64,000 bases of DNA from Myxococcales bacterium (GTDB taxonomy: Bacteria; Myxococcota; Myxococcia; Myxococcales; Myxococcaceae), in the NCBI GenBank assembly GCA_043755105.1, contig JAYUUC010000375.1, forward strand, positions 53,611-117,610. The letters are read 5' to 3'. Both the position numbers and the translations under genes were made by a program. Positions 28,265-37,995 of this stretch are shown one piece after another. Positions within the stretch are counted from its first letter, which is position 1. Each line of letters opens with the position of its first letter. The notes beneath the pieces were generated by a model, which was not told the DNA's origin, made no database searches, and saw only the letters and a list, made by a program, of their open reading frames with translations.

Positions 28265-28673
28265 CTTGAACGAGCAGTACCGGAACCTCCGCTTCATCAC
28301 CGAGACCACTGGGACCATCCACGAAGCCCAGATGGACCTGCTCAAGACCTGGCCCCAGCTGCTGCCACACGTCAAGAGCAGCGAGGCCCTCGTCAATACG
28401 AAGGACCGGCTGGTGACCTTCTGGTTGAAGGGGGGCGGGCCCAAGCACTACGCCACCCTCTTCAACAAAAATCGAAGGCAGTACGACCAGCACTCCCAGG
28501 TGCTCTGCAAGTCCGTTCAGTTCCTGCTGGGCTCGAGCTGGAAGGTCGTGGTCTTCGACAATGGGGTCAGGGAATACGTGGAGGAGCCCACTACCCCTGC
28601 AATCTCGAAGGAAGAACTGATAGTTCCCTTTCGAAAGAAGAAGAAGTTCAAGATCAAGCCTGGAGCAAAGTGA
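28254..28673 (+). CDS. hypothetical protein
   Basis: 139-aa ORF with short overlaps to both neighbours. Confidence 0.6.
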   Translation: MPNDLNEQYRNLRFITETTGTIHEAQMDLLKTWPQLLPHVKSSEALVNTKDRLVTFWLKGGGPKHYATLFNKNRRQYDQHSQVLCKSVQFLLGSSWKVVVFDNGVREYVEEPTTPAISKEELIVPFRKKKKFKIKPGAK

Positions 28674-29353
28674 TGGCCGACATCGTGGAGTTCGTCAAGC
28701 CGGAGCTGACCCTGCATGAGCGGCGCAACCTGCTCACGTATCGGGAGCGCCTGGCCTACGACGCGATGGTGACCTCCCACGCCGCCCGGCCTCCCATCGC
28801 AGCTTCCACTGCGGTTGGAATGTTCCAGTCTTTCTTGGCTGGCAAGGAATGCGATGAAATCGCTAAAATCAGCGGTGCTTTCACTCTGGCTGAAGTGGTT
28901 CGAACCCGAGTCGAAGACCGGTGGGACGAACGGCGCAAGGACTATCGAGAGTCCCTTCTCAAGGGCGCCCAGGACAGTGTGCGCCAGGAAGTACTAGCCT
29001 CGACCTACTTCGTCCTGGACCAGCTGGCGGCCACCCGAAAGTACCACGGGGAGCGCATCGCCAAGTACTTGCAGACCGGCGAACAGGAGTACATCTCCTC
29101 GCTCTTCATCTTCAACCCCAAGTCGATGAAGGAAATGGTCGACGTCTTGATGACCCTCACGGGCCAGAACAAGCCCAAGAACGGGCAGATCGACCACACC
29201 GGGACGGTGACCCACGAGGTGAAGGCCGCCTCTGATGGAACCCCCGGCCTGGACACCAATCTGGTGGATGTGATCAAGAAGAAGGGGTTGACCCCTGAAC
29301 AGGCCGCAGTTGTCATGAAGGCCCTCTCGGGCATCCCGGAGGACCAAAGGTAG
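28673..29353 (+). CDS. putative small terminase subunit (assigned by position)
   Basis: ATG at 28673 overlaps the upstream TGA. HTH-like GKECDEIAKISGAFTLAEVVRTR. It lies shortly upstream of the large terminase. The function is inferred from position only. Confidence 0.4.
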   Translation: MADIVEFVKPELTLHERRNLLTYRERLAYDAMVTSHAARPPIAASTAVGMFQSFLAGKECDEIAKISGAFTLAEVVRTRVEDRWDERRKDYRESLLKGAQDSVRQEVLASTYFVLDQLAATRKYHGERIAKYLQTGEQEYISSLFIFNPKSMKEMVDVLMTLTGQNKPKNGQIDHTGTVTHEVKAASDGTPGLDTNLVDVIKKKGLTPEQAAVVMKALSGIPEDQR

Positions 29354-29362
29354 GGTAGGGCC

Positions 29363-29569
29363 ATGGAGACCTTCAAGGAGCTGTTGGTGGCCATCCTGGA
29401 GGTCTTCTTGCTCTTCTACACCGCATTCCTCTTGACTTTCTTCCTGGTCTGGCTGATGGCGCGGGACTACCTGCCTCAGCCGCTTCAAGACGTTGCAATC
29501 GACGTGATTGCCCTGGGTGGCCTCGTTCTGGTCCTGCTCAGCATCCTGTCCCATTCCGTTCGGTCATAG
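29363..29569 (+). CDS. small membrane protein (two hydrophobic helices)
   Basis: 68 aa: LLVAILEVFLLFYTAFLLTFFLVWLM and VIALGGLVLVLLSIL. Confidence 0.5.
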   Translation: METFKELLVAILEVFLLFYTAFLLTFFLVWLMARDYLPQPLQDVAIDVIALGGLVLVLLSILSHSVRS

Positions 29570-29600
29570 ACCGAGTGGTATTGGTTGACAGGAGCAAATC

Positions 29601-32600
29601 ATGTCTGATGAGACCGAGGTCCCCGATCGCGCCACCTTGCTGAAGAGGTCCTTGTTCGTGCCCCTGCGCACGAAGGAGGCCTTGCGCGACTGGATTGCCA
29701 CCTACCTCAACCTGGTCATCCCCGACACGAAGGTGGACCCCACCAGCACTGCCAGTCCGATGGACGCCCTTTGGTACACCTACCGGGCGGGCCTCTTCAA
29801 CGACAATCCGGACTTGTCGACCATTCTCAGCTGGTCCAGCCGCGACTCCTTCAAAACCTTGGCTGCGGCCATCCTCGAGGTGCTGTTCGTCGTCCACCTG
29901 AAGCGCAACGTCGCCCACATGGCGGCCATCGAGCCTCAGGCAGTCAAGGCCCAGGTCTACGTCAAGGGCTTCTTCCGTCGGCCGGGGTTGCGGGACTTCA
30001 TTGCCAATGACGCGAAGCGTCGAATGGTCATCCGGCGGTTCGAGCACCTGGTCACCAAGGAAAACATCAACACCAAGGCCTTCGAGGCTCTCCCCCCTGC
30101 GGAGAGGCTGAACTACACCGAGATCGAGAACTACATCGTCGTGGTCATCTGCACGCTCCAGGGTGCGAACTGCGTCGACCCATCCACCTTGGTGACTTTG
30201 GCCGACGGTGGAGCAAAGGAGGCCTTCGAGGTGCAGGCCGGAGACCGGGTCCGCTCCTTCGACGTGGCTCGGCGAGAATTTGTGGAAGGAGAGGTCGAGT
30301 ACACAGGAGTTGTTCGCAAGCCTCGAATGCGAGTCACCTTCGACGATGGTGGCTCGTTGGTCTTGTCGGAAGATCACCTTGTCTTTACCGACTCGGGCTG
30401 GCGGTACGCTCGGGCGCTCCATCTCCAGGACCAACTCTTCTCAGCTGCTGAGGGGCCGGGCGCTACTCGTGAGTCCGGTGAAATTGACCTGGAAGACCAC
30501 GGCAAGAAGAGCGATCCCGTGCAGGTGCTTCTTGGCACTCTTTTGGGCGACGCCAGCATGACGTGGCCGAAGAACAAGATGGGGGAGAAATACGGGGAAG
30601 GGCCTCGATTGGCCTTTAACCACAGCTCGAAGCAGTTCGACTACCTCGAATACAAGGTCGAGAAGCTCAAATACCTGGGATTGGACTTCGCCTGCATCCC
30701 CGACGGGAACGGCTATAAGGCCTTCACCAAGATCTCTCCGACCTTGAGTGGCCTCTTCCAGGAGCTGTATGGCTCGGGCAAGAAGGTGGTTACCCAGGCC
30801 TTCCTGGACCAGCTGACGATCGAGGGTGTGGCCTACTGGTTCATGGATGACGGCGCAGGCAACCCGGAGGAGGTTGGTTCCAGGAAGGACCACCCCCTCA
30901 GCCTGGCAACGTGTGGGTTCTCGCAGGAAGAGAATCAGATGATCGCCGACTGGTTCTCTAAGATGTTCCAGGTCCAGGCCAAGGTGGGCACCGTCTCGAA
31001 TAGCTCGGAGAAGGTCTACCCGGTCATTCAGTTCGACCTGGCTTCGTCCCGTCGACTGTCCCAGCTGATGGCGCCCTATTTTTACCACTCGTTGAAGTAC
31101 AAGCTCTTGGCGCCCGAGCAGGCTCTTCATGGTCGTTGCATCGACTGTGGGGTGGTTTTGGACCGTCCGGTCGACCGGAACCGGTTTGTTCGCTGCCAGG
31201 CTTGCCCCAAGCCGAATGGGCGCAACGATCGGATGAAGGCCCAGGACTTCAAAGCCCGGTTCACGAGGAAGATCTCCAAGCTGGAGTTCCTGCCCTCAGC
31301 CAACCTCATCGACATCCACATCAAGACCGAGGACGAGAACCGGCGCAACTTCATTGCCAACAACGCCTATCTGCTCCACAACTCCGAGCACGTGCCCTTC
31401 ATGGTCATCGACGAGGTCGACGTCGTTCCCAACCCTCGGGCCTATGAAGAGGCCAAGATGATCCCGGCCCCGATGGGCGGCTTTCTCCCCATCACCCTCT
31501 TGACTTCCACCCGGAAGGTCTCGACCGGCCTGGTGCAGAAAGAGCTTGACAACGCTCCCAAGTCCGGGTTGGTCGATCTCCACTGGAACATCATCGACGT
31601 CACGGAGCGCTGCCCGCAGATCAGGCACCTGCCCCACGAACCCAAGATCCCCATCTACGTCAACGACGACCGGCTCGAGGCCTTCTCTCCCGAGAAGTAC
31701 AACACCTTGTCAGAGAAGGAGAAGTCGAAGTTCCGGAAGACGGAGGGCTTCGCGGGCTGTTTGAAGAACTGCAAGATCTTCGCTGCCTGCCAGGGCAACC
31801 TCGCCACGAAGCAGAGAGGCCAGGCCGCGGGCAAGGACCATGACCCGACCAAGCCCATCACGCTGCTCAAGCCGATCGCCCACGTGCAGAACCTCTTCGG
31901 CAAGCTGTCTCCGGAGTCGGCCCAGGCGCAGCTGTTGTGCCGGAAGCCCTCGCAGGAAGGCCTGATCTACTCCCGGCTGAGCCGCGAGAAGCACGTGAAG
32001 TCGGCGGCCCAGATCTACGAGATGGTGACCGGCGAGAAGGCCCCCACCTACAAGAACGAGCCCTACTCGAAGAAGCAGCTGGTGGCCATGTTCAAGGAGC
32101 GCGGTGCTCGCTTCTACGGTGGCATGGACTGGGGCTTCACCCACGCCTTCGCGGTGCCCATCGGGGTGGTCGACGGCAACAACCTCTACATCATCGACGG
32201 GCTTGAGGAAGTGGGCCTCGACCCGGCCGAGAAGGTGCGGTACTGCAACGACAAGGTGAAGCACTATGGGGCCACCTACTATCCGGACCCCGAGTCGCCG
32301 TCCGACATCGCGATGTTCAAGAAGCACGGCTACAAGCTGGTCGAGTGGTCGAAGGGCCCCGGGTCCGTCCAGGCTGGTATCGAAGCCCTGCGCCTCAAGA
32401 TCAACCCCTTTGCCGGGGAGCCGCAGATCTTTTTCCTGGAGGGCGATGGCGGGGCCGAGACGGTCTTCATCCGCCTGGCCCAGTACAAGTTCAAGCTCGA
32501 CGTGCAGGGCAACTTCTCCGACCAGCCGGATGAGGAGGACGACGACACGCCGGACGCCACGCGCTACCTGGTCATGAACGTCTTCCCGGCCGGGAAGAAG

Positions 32601-32801
32601 ATCGGCGGCTCGATCCACGCCTCCGAGACCACCGTCCATGACCTGGGGCTGGTGGGGAGCACGCCGAAGCAGGTGCCTCCCACTAACCTGCTGCGCGACC
32701 TCATCGAGCACGCCACTGGCCTCGAGTACGAGGAACTACAACAGCATGACGACAAGGGGTCCTCGGTCATCCGGTCCGGCGGCCTCGTGATCGACATCTG
32801 A
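29601..32801 (+). CDS. terL: terminase large subunit interrupted by a 404-aa LAGLIDADG intein
   Basis: Deviant Walker A SWSSRDSFKT (compare T4 gp17 SRQLGKT) and Walker B MVIDEVD after the intein. The C-terminal nuclease domain has GGMDWGFTHAF...YYPDPESP...DDTPDATRYLVMN. Confidence 0.9.
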   Translation: MSDETEVPDRATLLKRSLFVPLRTKEALRDWIATYLNLVIPDTKVDPTSTASPMDALWYTYRAGLFNDNPDLSTILSWSSRDSFKTLAAAILEVLFVVHLKRNVAHMAAIEPQAVKAQVYVKGFFRRPGLRDFIANDAKRRMVIRRFEHLVTKENINTKAFEALPPAERLNYTEIENYIVVVICTLQGANCVDPSTLVTLADGGAKEAFEVQAGDRVRSFDVARREFVEGEVEYTGVVRKPRMRVTFDDGGSLVLSEDHLVFTDSGWRYARALHLQDQLFSAAEGPGATRESGEIDLEDHGKKSDPVQVLLGTLLGDASMTWPKNKMGEKYGEGPRLAFNHSSKQFDYLEYKVEKLKYLGLDFACIPDGNGYKAFTKISPTLSGLFQELYGSGKKVVTQAFLDQLTIEGVAYWFMDDGAGNPEEVGSRKDHPLSLATCGFSQEENQMIADWFSKMFQVQAKVGTVSNSSEKVYPVIQFDLASSRRLSQLMAPYFYHSLKYKLLAPEQALHGRCIDCGVVLDRPVDRNRFVRCQACPKPNGRNDRMKAQDFKARFTRKISKLEFLPSANLIDIHIKTEDENRRNFIANNAYLLHNSEHVPFMVIDEVDVVPNPRAYEEAKMIPAPMGGFLPITLLTSTRKVSTGLVQKELDNAPKSGLVDLHWNIIDVTERCPQIRHLPHEPKIPIYVNDDRLEAFSPEKYNTLSEKEKSKFRKTEGFAGCLKNCKIFAACQGNLATKQRGQAAGKDHDPTKPITLLKPIAHVQNLFGKLSPESAQAQLLCRKPSQEGLIYSRLSREKHVKSAAQIYEMVTGEKAPTYKNEPYSKKQLVAMFKERGARFYGGMDWGFTHAFAVPIGVVDGNNLYIIDGLEEVGLDPAEKVRYCNDKVKHYGATYYPDPESPSDIAMFKKHGYKLVEWSKGPGSVQAGIEALRLKINPFAGEPQIFFLEGDGGAETVFIRLAQYKFKLDVQGNFSDQPDEEDDDTPDATRYLVMNVFPAGKKIGGSIHASETTVHDLGLVGSTPKQVPPTNLLRDLIEHATGLEYEELQQHDDKGSSVIRSGGLVIDI
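30171..31382 (+). mobile_element. intein with in-frame LAGLIDADG homing endonuclease and a C4 zinc motif
   Basis: Starts CVDPSTLVTLADGG after ...TLQGAN. Block B is LVLSEDHLVFT. LAGLIDADG motifs are LLGTLLGDASM and AYWFMDDGAG. Zinc motif is CIDCG...CQAC. It ends NFIANNAYLLHN|SEH. Confidence 0.85.
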
Positions 32802-32855
32802 GCCCATTGCTTCTCGGGCAATCTTCACCGATACAACATCTAACTGAGGCTGGCC

Positions 32856-33836
32856 ATGGCCAACGACGCCCTCTTCACCATTCAGACCAGCCTGCTGGCC
32901 ATCGACGACTCGACCCAGAACAGCAACCCGCTGCGGAGGTACTTCGACTGGGTGCGCTCGAGCAAGGGCGTCCTGGTCTCCAACCCCAGTGACGTGCCCT
33001 ACTCGCTGACCGCGGGAGAGACCCAGCTGCTCTTCTCGGGCGTCCGTACCCTGAGTCTCTCGGGCTCGGTCAACTTCTCGCTGCTCCAGTCGACGCTGTC
33101 GGCCTTCAACTACGTGTTGACTGCCCCCTCGGTCGCCGTCTTCCGGACTGAGCGGGTGATGACCTTCTCGGGCACGCACACCATCACCGCGACCGTCAAC
33201 ACCAACGGGACGCTGCTGCTGACCGCCAACGGGGAGACCCCCTTCGGCGCGGCCCTGGCTGGCGACGCGGTCTTCATCCCGGGCGTCTCGACCGGCGATG
33301 GGGCGGGACCCTTTGACGAACTGAACGTCGGCTACTGGGTCATCGTCCAGGCGACCTCGGGCACCCTCCTGCTCAAGCGCCCGGTGGGCCTCTCCTTCGT
33401 CGGGGTGGGCCAGACGACGACCAACGTGGCCGTGGGCCAGCTCCAGGTCTTCTCGAGTGCTGGCGTCCAGCCTGGCGACTCGGTGGCCCTCAGTGGGGCC
33501 TTCTTGCCCGTCTCAGGCACCTTCCAGGTCCTGAGCGTCACCGCCCACCGGGTCATCTTCAGCTCGACCGAACCGCTGGCGACCTTCGGCAGCGTGAGCG
33601 CGACCTCCAGCGACCTCCAGGTCTACTCGAAGAAGAAGAGCTGGATCTGGGTCGAGGCCGACCAGCCCTGCACCCTCATCGTCAACGGCCTCACCTACGC
33701 GCCCCTCAAGCCGAAGGTGCCGGGGGACAAGGAGAAGGTCGCCACCTTCCACATGGACGGCGATGTCTTCTCCCTGTCGGCCACCAACCTCAGCACCTCC
33801 TCGAGCCTGAACCTCAAGCTCTTCGCGGTGGAGTAA
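32856..33836 (+). CDS. hypothetical beta-rich (structural-looking) protein
   Basis: 326-aa ORF between terL and the portal gene. Rich in S/T/G/V. Confidence 0.65.
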   Translation: MANDALFTIQTSLLAIDDSTQNSNPLRRYFDWVRSSKGVLVSNPSDVPYSLTAGETQLLFSGVRTLSLSGSVNFSLLQSTLSAFNYVLTAPSVAVFRTERVMTFSGTHTITATVNTNGTLLLTANGETPFGAALAGDAVFIPGVSTGDGAGPFDELNVGYWVIVQATSGTLLLKRPVGLSFVGVGQTTTNVAVGQLQVFSSAGVQPGDSVALSGAFLPVSGTFQVLSVTAHRVIFSSTEPLATFGSVSATSSDLQVYSKKKSWIWVEADQPCTLIVNGLTYAPLKPKVPGDKEKVATFHMDGDVFSLSATNLSTSSSLNLKLFAVE

Positions 33837-33839
33837 CCA

Positions 33840-36035
33840 ATGGCCCTCACCATCCCCCCTACCAATCCAGTCGCCGGGCTGATCGCCGAGGCCCAGAAGA
33901 AGGCGAAGGCCATCGTCATGGACTTCGTCAGCGCCCCGTGGGAGTCGGAGCCCGAGCCCGCCAAGGACAAGGGGGCTTCGCCCAAGCCGGTGCAGACCAT
34001 CAACCCGACCACCCTCACGAAGTTCGAGGCTGAGCGGCCCCTCGTCAAGTCCATCCTCAACATCCTGGACGGCGAGGGCCAGAACTCCATCGAGCGGCTG
34101 TCCTTCGAGACCGACCCGACCCACAACCACTACGCGGGCCTCTACAAGCAGAAGTTGCGCGGCCTGCCGGACATCATCCTCAAGCGCATCGCCATCCAGG
34201 ACGACCTGGTGGCGACCATTGTCAACACCCGCTCGAACCACACCTCGGCCTTCGCTCGCCCGCTGGTCAACCGCTTCGAGAAGGGCTTCCAGATCGAGCC
34301 CAAGAAGGGCGTGACCGACTCGATGAGCCCGGAGCAGAAGGAAGCTCTTCAGAAGAAGATCGACAAGGCCATCAAGCTCCTGGTTTCCTGCGGGCACACC
34401 GAGGGGTACGACGGCGACGAGCGGATGACCTTCTCGCAGTACCTGTACATGACCACGCGGAACGCCCTGGTCTTCGGCCGGAGCGCCACCGAGATCGTGT
34501 GGGCCGAGACGGATGACCCCGACAAGCCGATGTGGCACTCGTTCCGGCCCATCGACGCGGGCACCATCTACAACGTCAACCCCTTCTCCCAGAGCCGGGA
34601 GATCTACAACCTCCGCAAGGAGGCCATCACCCAGCTGAAGCAGCTGAAGGCCCAGACCGACTCGGACTTCGACTGGGACGACCTCTTGAAGGAAGACGAG
34701 GACTACCGCTACCTCCAGGTGATCGAGGGCCAGCCCAAGCAGGCGTACACGGCCCGGGAGTGCATGGTCCACAACTTCTACCCGGTCACCGACATCGAGA
34801 TGGACGGCTACCCGCTGACCCCCATCGACACGATGGTGGCCGCGGTGACGACCCACATCAACATCACGACCCACAACAAGCTCTATTTCCAGTCGGGTCG
34901 CGCTTCGAAGGGTATGCTGGTGCTGAAGTCGGACGACGTCAACCCGACGGTCATCCAGCGAATCAAGCAGCAGTTCCAGGCTTCCATCAACGGCGTCTCG
35001 AACTCCTGGCGCATGCCCGTCTTCGGCATCGGCAAGGACGACGACATCACCTTCGAGCCGATCGACCAGGGCTCGAGGGACATGGAGTTCCAGTACTTGT
35101 CGGACCAGAACTGCCGCGTGATCTTGTCGGCCTTCGGCATGAGCCCCGACGAGCTGCCCGGCTACAACCACCTGTCGAAGGGGTCGAACTCGCAGTCCCT
35201 GTCGGAGGCCAACAACGAGTTCAAACTCGAGGCGGCCCGAGACGTGGGCATTCGGCCGCTCCTGCGCCAGCTCGAGGACACGATCAACGGGACCATCATC
35301 CCGCTCATCGACGAAGAGGTGGCTGAGCTGTGCAAGTTCCAGCTGGTCGGCCTCGACGCGGACACGCCGGAGAAGGAGGCCACCAGGCTGTCGGAGCAGA
35401 TGCCGATCTCGATGACGATGGATGAAGTCCTCGAGAAGGTGGAGAAGGACCCGGTGGGCAAGGAGTGGGGTGGCGACTTCCTCTTCAACGAGGCTTACCA
35501 GAACATCCTGAACTCCTACTTCCTGTGCGATGAGATCCGGCTGCACTTCTTCAACAAGAAGCCGGACCCCAACAACCCGGATGAGTGGCACTACGCCCGA
35601 GACCAGTTCTACCAGGGCCAGCAGCAGCGCCTGGACATGCTGAAGCAGGCCGCCCAGCAGGCTGCGCAGCCGCAGCCCGGGGCGCCTGGACAGCCTCCGG
35701 CCGGTGGGGGTGGGCAGCAGCCTCCTCCTTCTGGCGGCCAGCAGCAGCCTCCGGCCACTGGGGCTCCGGAAGGGTCGACCTCGGCGGGGTCGGTGCAGCC
35801 CACTCCCGCGGGTGACGGCGAGAACGCTCCTTCTGGTGGTGGCGACATCTCTTCGTCGCTTGACCAGATCGCTGGGGCCCTGGGCAAGTCCGAGGACCAT
35901 CTCCCCGCTTCCCGGCAGCGCTTGCTCGGGCAACAGAAGAAGGCCGTGAAGGGCATCCTCGAGGCGTTCGAGAAGGACGCCAACGACTTCCTCAAGCTGG
36001 CCTCGCAGGTGGTGGCCGAGAGCAAGAAGGACTAG
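33840..36035 (+). CDS. portal protein
   Basis: 731 aa, located after terL and before the Mu F-like gene. Portal-like core GYPLTPIDTMV...GMLVLKSD...WRMPVFGIGKDDDITFEPI...SAFGMSPDELPG. Q/P/G-rich C-terminal tail. Confidence 0.7.
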   Translation: MALTIPPTNPVAGLIAEAQKKAKAIVMDFVSAPWESEPEPAKDKGASPKPVQTINPTTLTKFEAERPLVKSILNILDGEGQNSIERLSFETDPTHNHYAGLYKQKLRGLPDIILKRIAIQDDLVATIVNTRSNHTSAFARPLVNRFEKGFQIEPKKGVTDSMSPEQKEALQKKIDKAIKLLVSCGHTEGYDGDERMTFSQYLYMTTRNALVFGRSATEIVWAETDDPDKPMWHSFRPIDAGTIYNVNPFSQSREIYNLRKEAITQLKQLKAQTDSDFDWDDLLKEDEDYRYLQVIEGQPKQAYTARECMVHNFYPVTDIEMDGYPLTPIDTMVAAVTTHINITTHNKLYFQSGRASKGMLVLKSDDVNPTVIQRIKQQFQASINGVSNSWRMPVFGIGKDDDITFEPIDQGSRDMEFQYLSDQNCRVILSAFGMSPDELPGYNHLSKGSNSQSLSEANNEFKLEAARDVGIRPLLRQLEDTINGTIIPLIDEEVAELCKFQLVGLDADTPEKEATRLSEQMPISMTMDEVLEKVEKDPVGKEWGGDFLFNEAYQNILNSYFLCDEIRLHFFNKKPDPNNPDEWHYARDQFYQGQQQRLDMLKQAAQQAAQPQPGAPGQPPAGGGGQQPPPSGGQQQPPATGAPEGSTSAGSVQPTPAGDGENAPSGGGDISSSLDQIAGALGKSEDHLPASRQRLLGQQKKAVKGILEAFEKDANDFLKLASQVVAESKKD

Positions 36036-36038
36036 CCC

Positions 36039-36758
36039 ATGAAGAAGCTCGACGCGGGCGGGGTCTCGTTGATCGAGGGCCACCTGGATGTGGTCTTCGC
36101 TCGCTTGAAGGCCAGGCTCTTCGGCCAGGGACAGGCCTTCGGCGACCGGATGGGCACCTGGAACTCCCAGCACTCGATGCGCGGGCTGTACCTGGCTGCT
36201 GCTCAGGAGGAGGGCGTCAAGGTCGACCACGAGCACCTGAAGTCGTTGCAGGCCGTGGCCGAGAAGTACCTGGATGGTGTGCGGGAGCAGACCAAGGCCC
36301 GAGCGATTCAGGCCATCCACGCCCACCTGCGGGGCGACGAAGAGCTGGACCTGGAAGGGGTCATCCGGAAGACGATGGCCAACGTCCAGACCATCGTGAA
36401 CACCGAGGTCCAGCGGGCGAAGCAGCTCTCGCTCCTGGACGGCATCACTCGAGTGAACTCGATGGCTGGGATTGAGGACCCGGTGGTCTTCTTCTGCTGT
36501 GCCCGAGACAAGGACACATGCGACGAATGCCGCACGTTGTCGACCTGCGGGGATGGCCACACTCCGAAACTCTGGCTTTTGAGCGAGCTGGAGCAGGGGA
36601 ACCACAAAATCGGGTCTGGCCGTCCTTCGATCGTTGGCCAGCACCCGAACTGCCGATGCACGATTACTTCGGTGATGCCGGGGTACGGCTTTGACCAGTC
36701 GGGTCGGCTGGAGCTGAAGGCTCGGGGGTACTTGGCATTGGATGTCCAGCGACGATAG
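36039..36758 (+). CDS. head morphogenesis protein (Mu F / SPP1 gp7 family)
   Basis: C-terminal signature ...DTCDECR...GQHPNCRCT, with the gene directly after the portal gene. Confidence 0.75.
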   Translation: MKKLDAGGVSLIEGHLDVVFARLKARLFGQGQAFGDRMGTWNSQHSMRGLYLAAAQEEGVKVDHEHLKSLQAVAEKYLDGVREQTKARAIQAIHAHLRGDEELDLEGVIRKTMANVQTIVNTEVQRAKQLSLLDGITRVNSMAGIEDPVVFFCCARDKDTCDECRTLSTCGDGHTPKLWLLSELEQGNHKIGSGRPSIVGQHPNCRCTITSVMPGYGFDQSGRLELKARGYLALDVQRR

Positions 36759-37290
36759 GCGGGTCACGCAGGACCGCACTGAAGCCGTGGCCCATCGGCA
36801 TGGTCGGGGCGGCCACCACCGACACGACCGGAGCACGGAGGCCCGAGCCAGAGTTGGCGGGGTCCAGGTTCGCGGGCAGGGGCGGCGCTGGAGGATGCGG
36901 GGCAGGAGGATTCACGCCCGGCGGCAGCGGCGGCTTCGGCGGGACCGGCAGCTTGTAGGGCGTCATGTCGTTTCGGTCGTCCTTGGACAACCCCAGCAGC
37001 TGGAAGACCAGCACGAACATCAGGCAGCAGATGGCGTGCGCCAGGTGGGACAGGCCCCACTCGGGGTCGTTGTTCTCCCCGTCGATGAACGAGGACAGGT
37101 GCCGTTGGGCCGCGTCCAGGTAGCGGCTCCAGACAGGTGAGTTGATCCAGTTGCCTGGGGAGTACTTCCGGGCACCCTTGGTGAGCACCTTCGCCACCTC
37201 GAAGAGGGCGATCGGCGGCAACAGGGTCATGCGAGGCTTCTCGTCGTCGTGCTTCGTGAACGTGGTTGGGTCGACTTTCACTTCGGACAT
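36664..37290 (-). CDS. dATP/dGTP diphosphohydrolase N-terminal domain-like (DUF5664-type) protein with a Pro-rich tail
   Basis: DDEKPRMTLLPPIALFEVAKVLTKGARKYSPGNWINSPVWSRYLDAAQRHL...EWGLSHLAHAICCLMF matches my recollection of that family (D.gK...L.P...va.vl..Ga.KY...NW...s....A..RHl...GL.HLAHA). The last 95 nt overlap the convergent Mu F-like gene. Confidence 0.6.
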   Translation of the reverse strand: MSEVKVDPTTFTKHDDEKPRMTLLPPIALFEVAKVLTKGARKYSPGNWINSPVWSRYLDAAQRHLSSFIDGENNDPEWGLSHLAHAICCLMFVLVFQLLGLSKDDRNDMTPYKLPVPPKPPLPPGVNPPAPHPPAPPLPANLDPANSGSGLRAPVVSVVAAPTMPMGHGFSAVLRDPPIVAGHPMPSTPEPSAPADPTGQSRTPASPK

Positions 37291-37313
37291 GGTTGCTCCA
37301 GGGGGAGGGTGGA

Positions 37314-37871
37314 CTACTTGAACCGGCGGCCGAAGCCACCGAGGCTCTGGCGGTTGATCGTGCGCTGGGCGTTGGCTTCCTTCACGCCGTCCGCGAGGGC
37401 CTTCTCGAGCAGCCCGTCTGGCAGGATAGCAGCCTCTTCAGCCAGGCGAGTGGCCTCCGAGAAGGGCTTGAAGTCGGGCGAACGCACCCCGTTGGCATTC
37501 ACGGGCGCGTGGACCTGGGTGGTCTTGGCCTTGATCTCCACCACCCGCCCGGTCTTCTCGGCGTTTCGGACCACGATGGGGCGGGCCTCGGCCTTCTTGA
37601 GCTGGGCCTTGAGGTCGGTGATCTCGGACTCTCGAGCCTGGATCTCCTCCTTCAGCTCCACGATGGCTTGAGACTGCCCCGCAGGCGTTTGGGCCGACAG
37701 CTCGTTGATCATCCGGCACCCGGCCTCGAGGCTGGTCTTGTTGTCCTTGACCTGCTGTTCCAGCTCCTTGATACGGGCGTCCTTCGTCTTGATGGTCTCC
37801 TTCAAGCCCTTCAGCTCGGCCAGCATCATCAGATTGGCGGGACCGTTCTTCGGCTGCGAATCTCGGCTCAT
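37314..37871 (-). CDS. hypothetical coiled-coil protein
   Basis: 185-aa ORF. ATG is preceded by GGAG. Confidence 0.6.
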   Translation of the reverse strand: MSRDSQPKNGPANLMMLAELKGLKETIKTKDARIKELEQQVKDNKTSLEAGCRMINELSAQTPAGQSQAIVELKEEIQARESEITDLKAQLKKAEARPIVVRNAEKTGRVVEIKAKTTQVHAPVNANGVRSPDFKPFSEATRLAEEAAILPDGLLEKALADGVKEANAQRTINRQSLGGFGRRFK

Positions 37872-37957
37872 GGTATGCTCCGTGGAGGTGCAGTCTTATA
37901 GCACGTGAAGATTTCCACCCGCAACCAGCTACCTCAATCTTTTTCTTCACTCAGGGC

Positions 37958-37986
37958 TTGACGGCTTCAAAAAGCAGGAGTAGGGT
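37958..37986 (+). promoter_or_regulatory. promoter candidate TTGACG-N17-TAGGGT driving the tRNA-like array
   Basis: TTGACG at 37958-37963 and TAGGGT at 37981-37986, with a 17-nt spacer. The first tRNA-like unit starts 10 nt downstream. Confidence 0.5.
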
Positions 37987-37995
37987 CCTATCCAT

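Noticed and set aside
33513-36836. 1107-aa - strand ORF
   Set aside because: It is antisense to the portal and Mu F-like genes, with no motifs and an R/L/G/V-rich translation.
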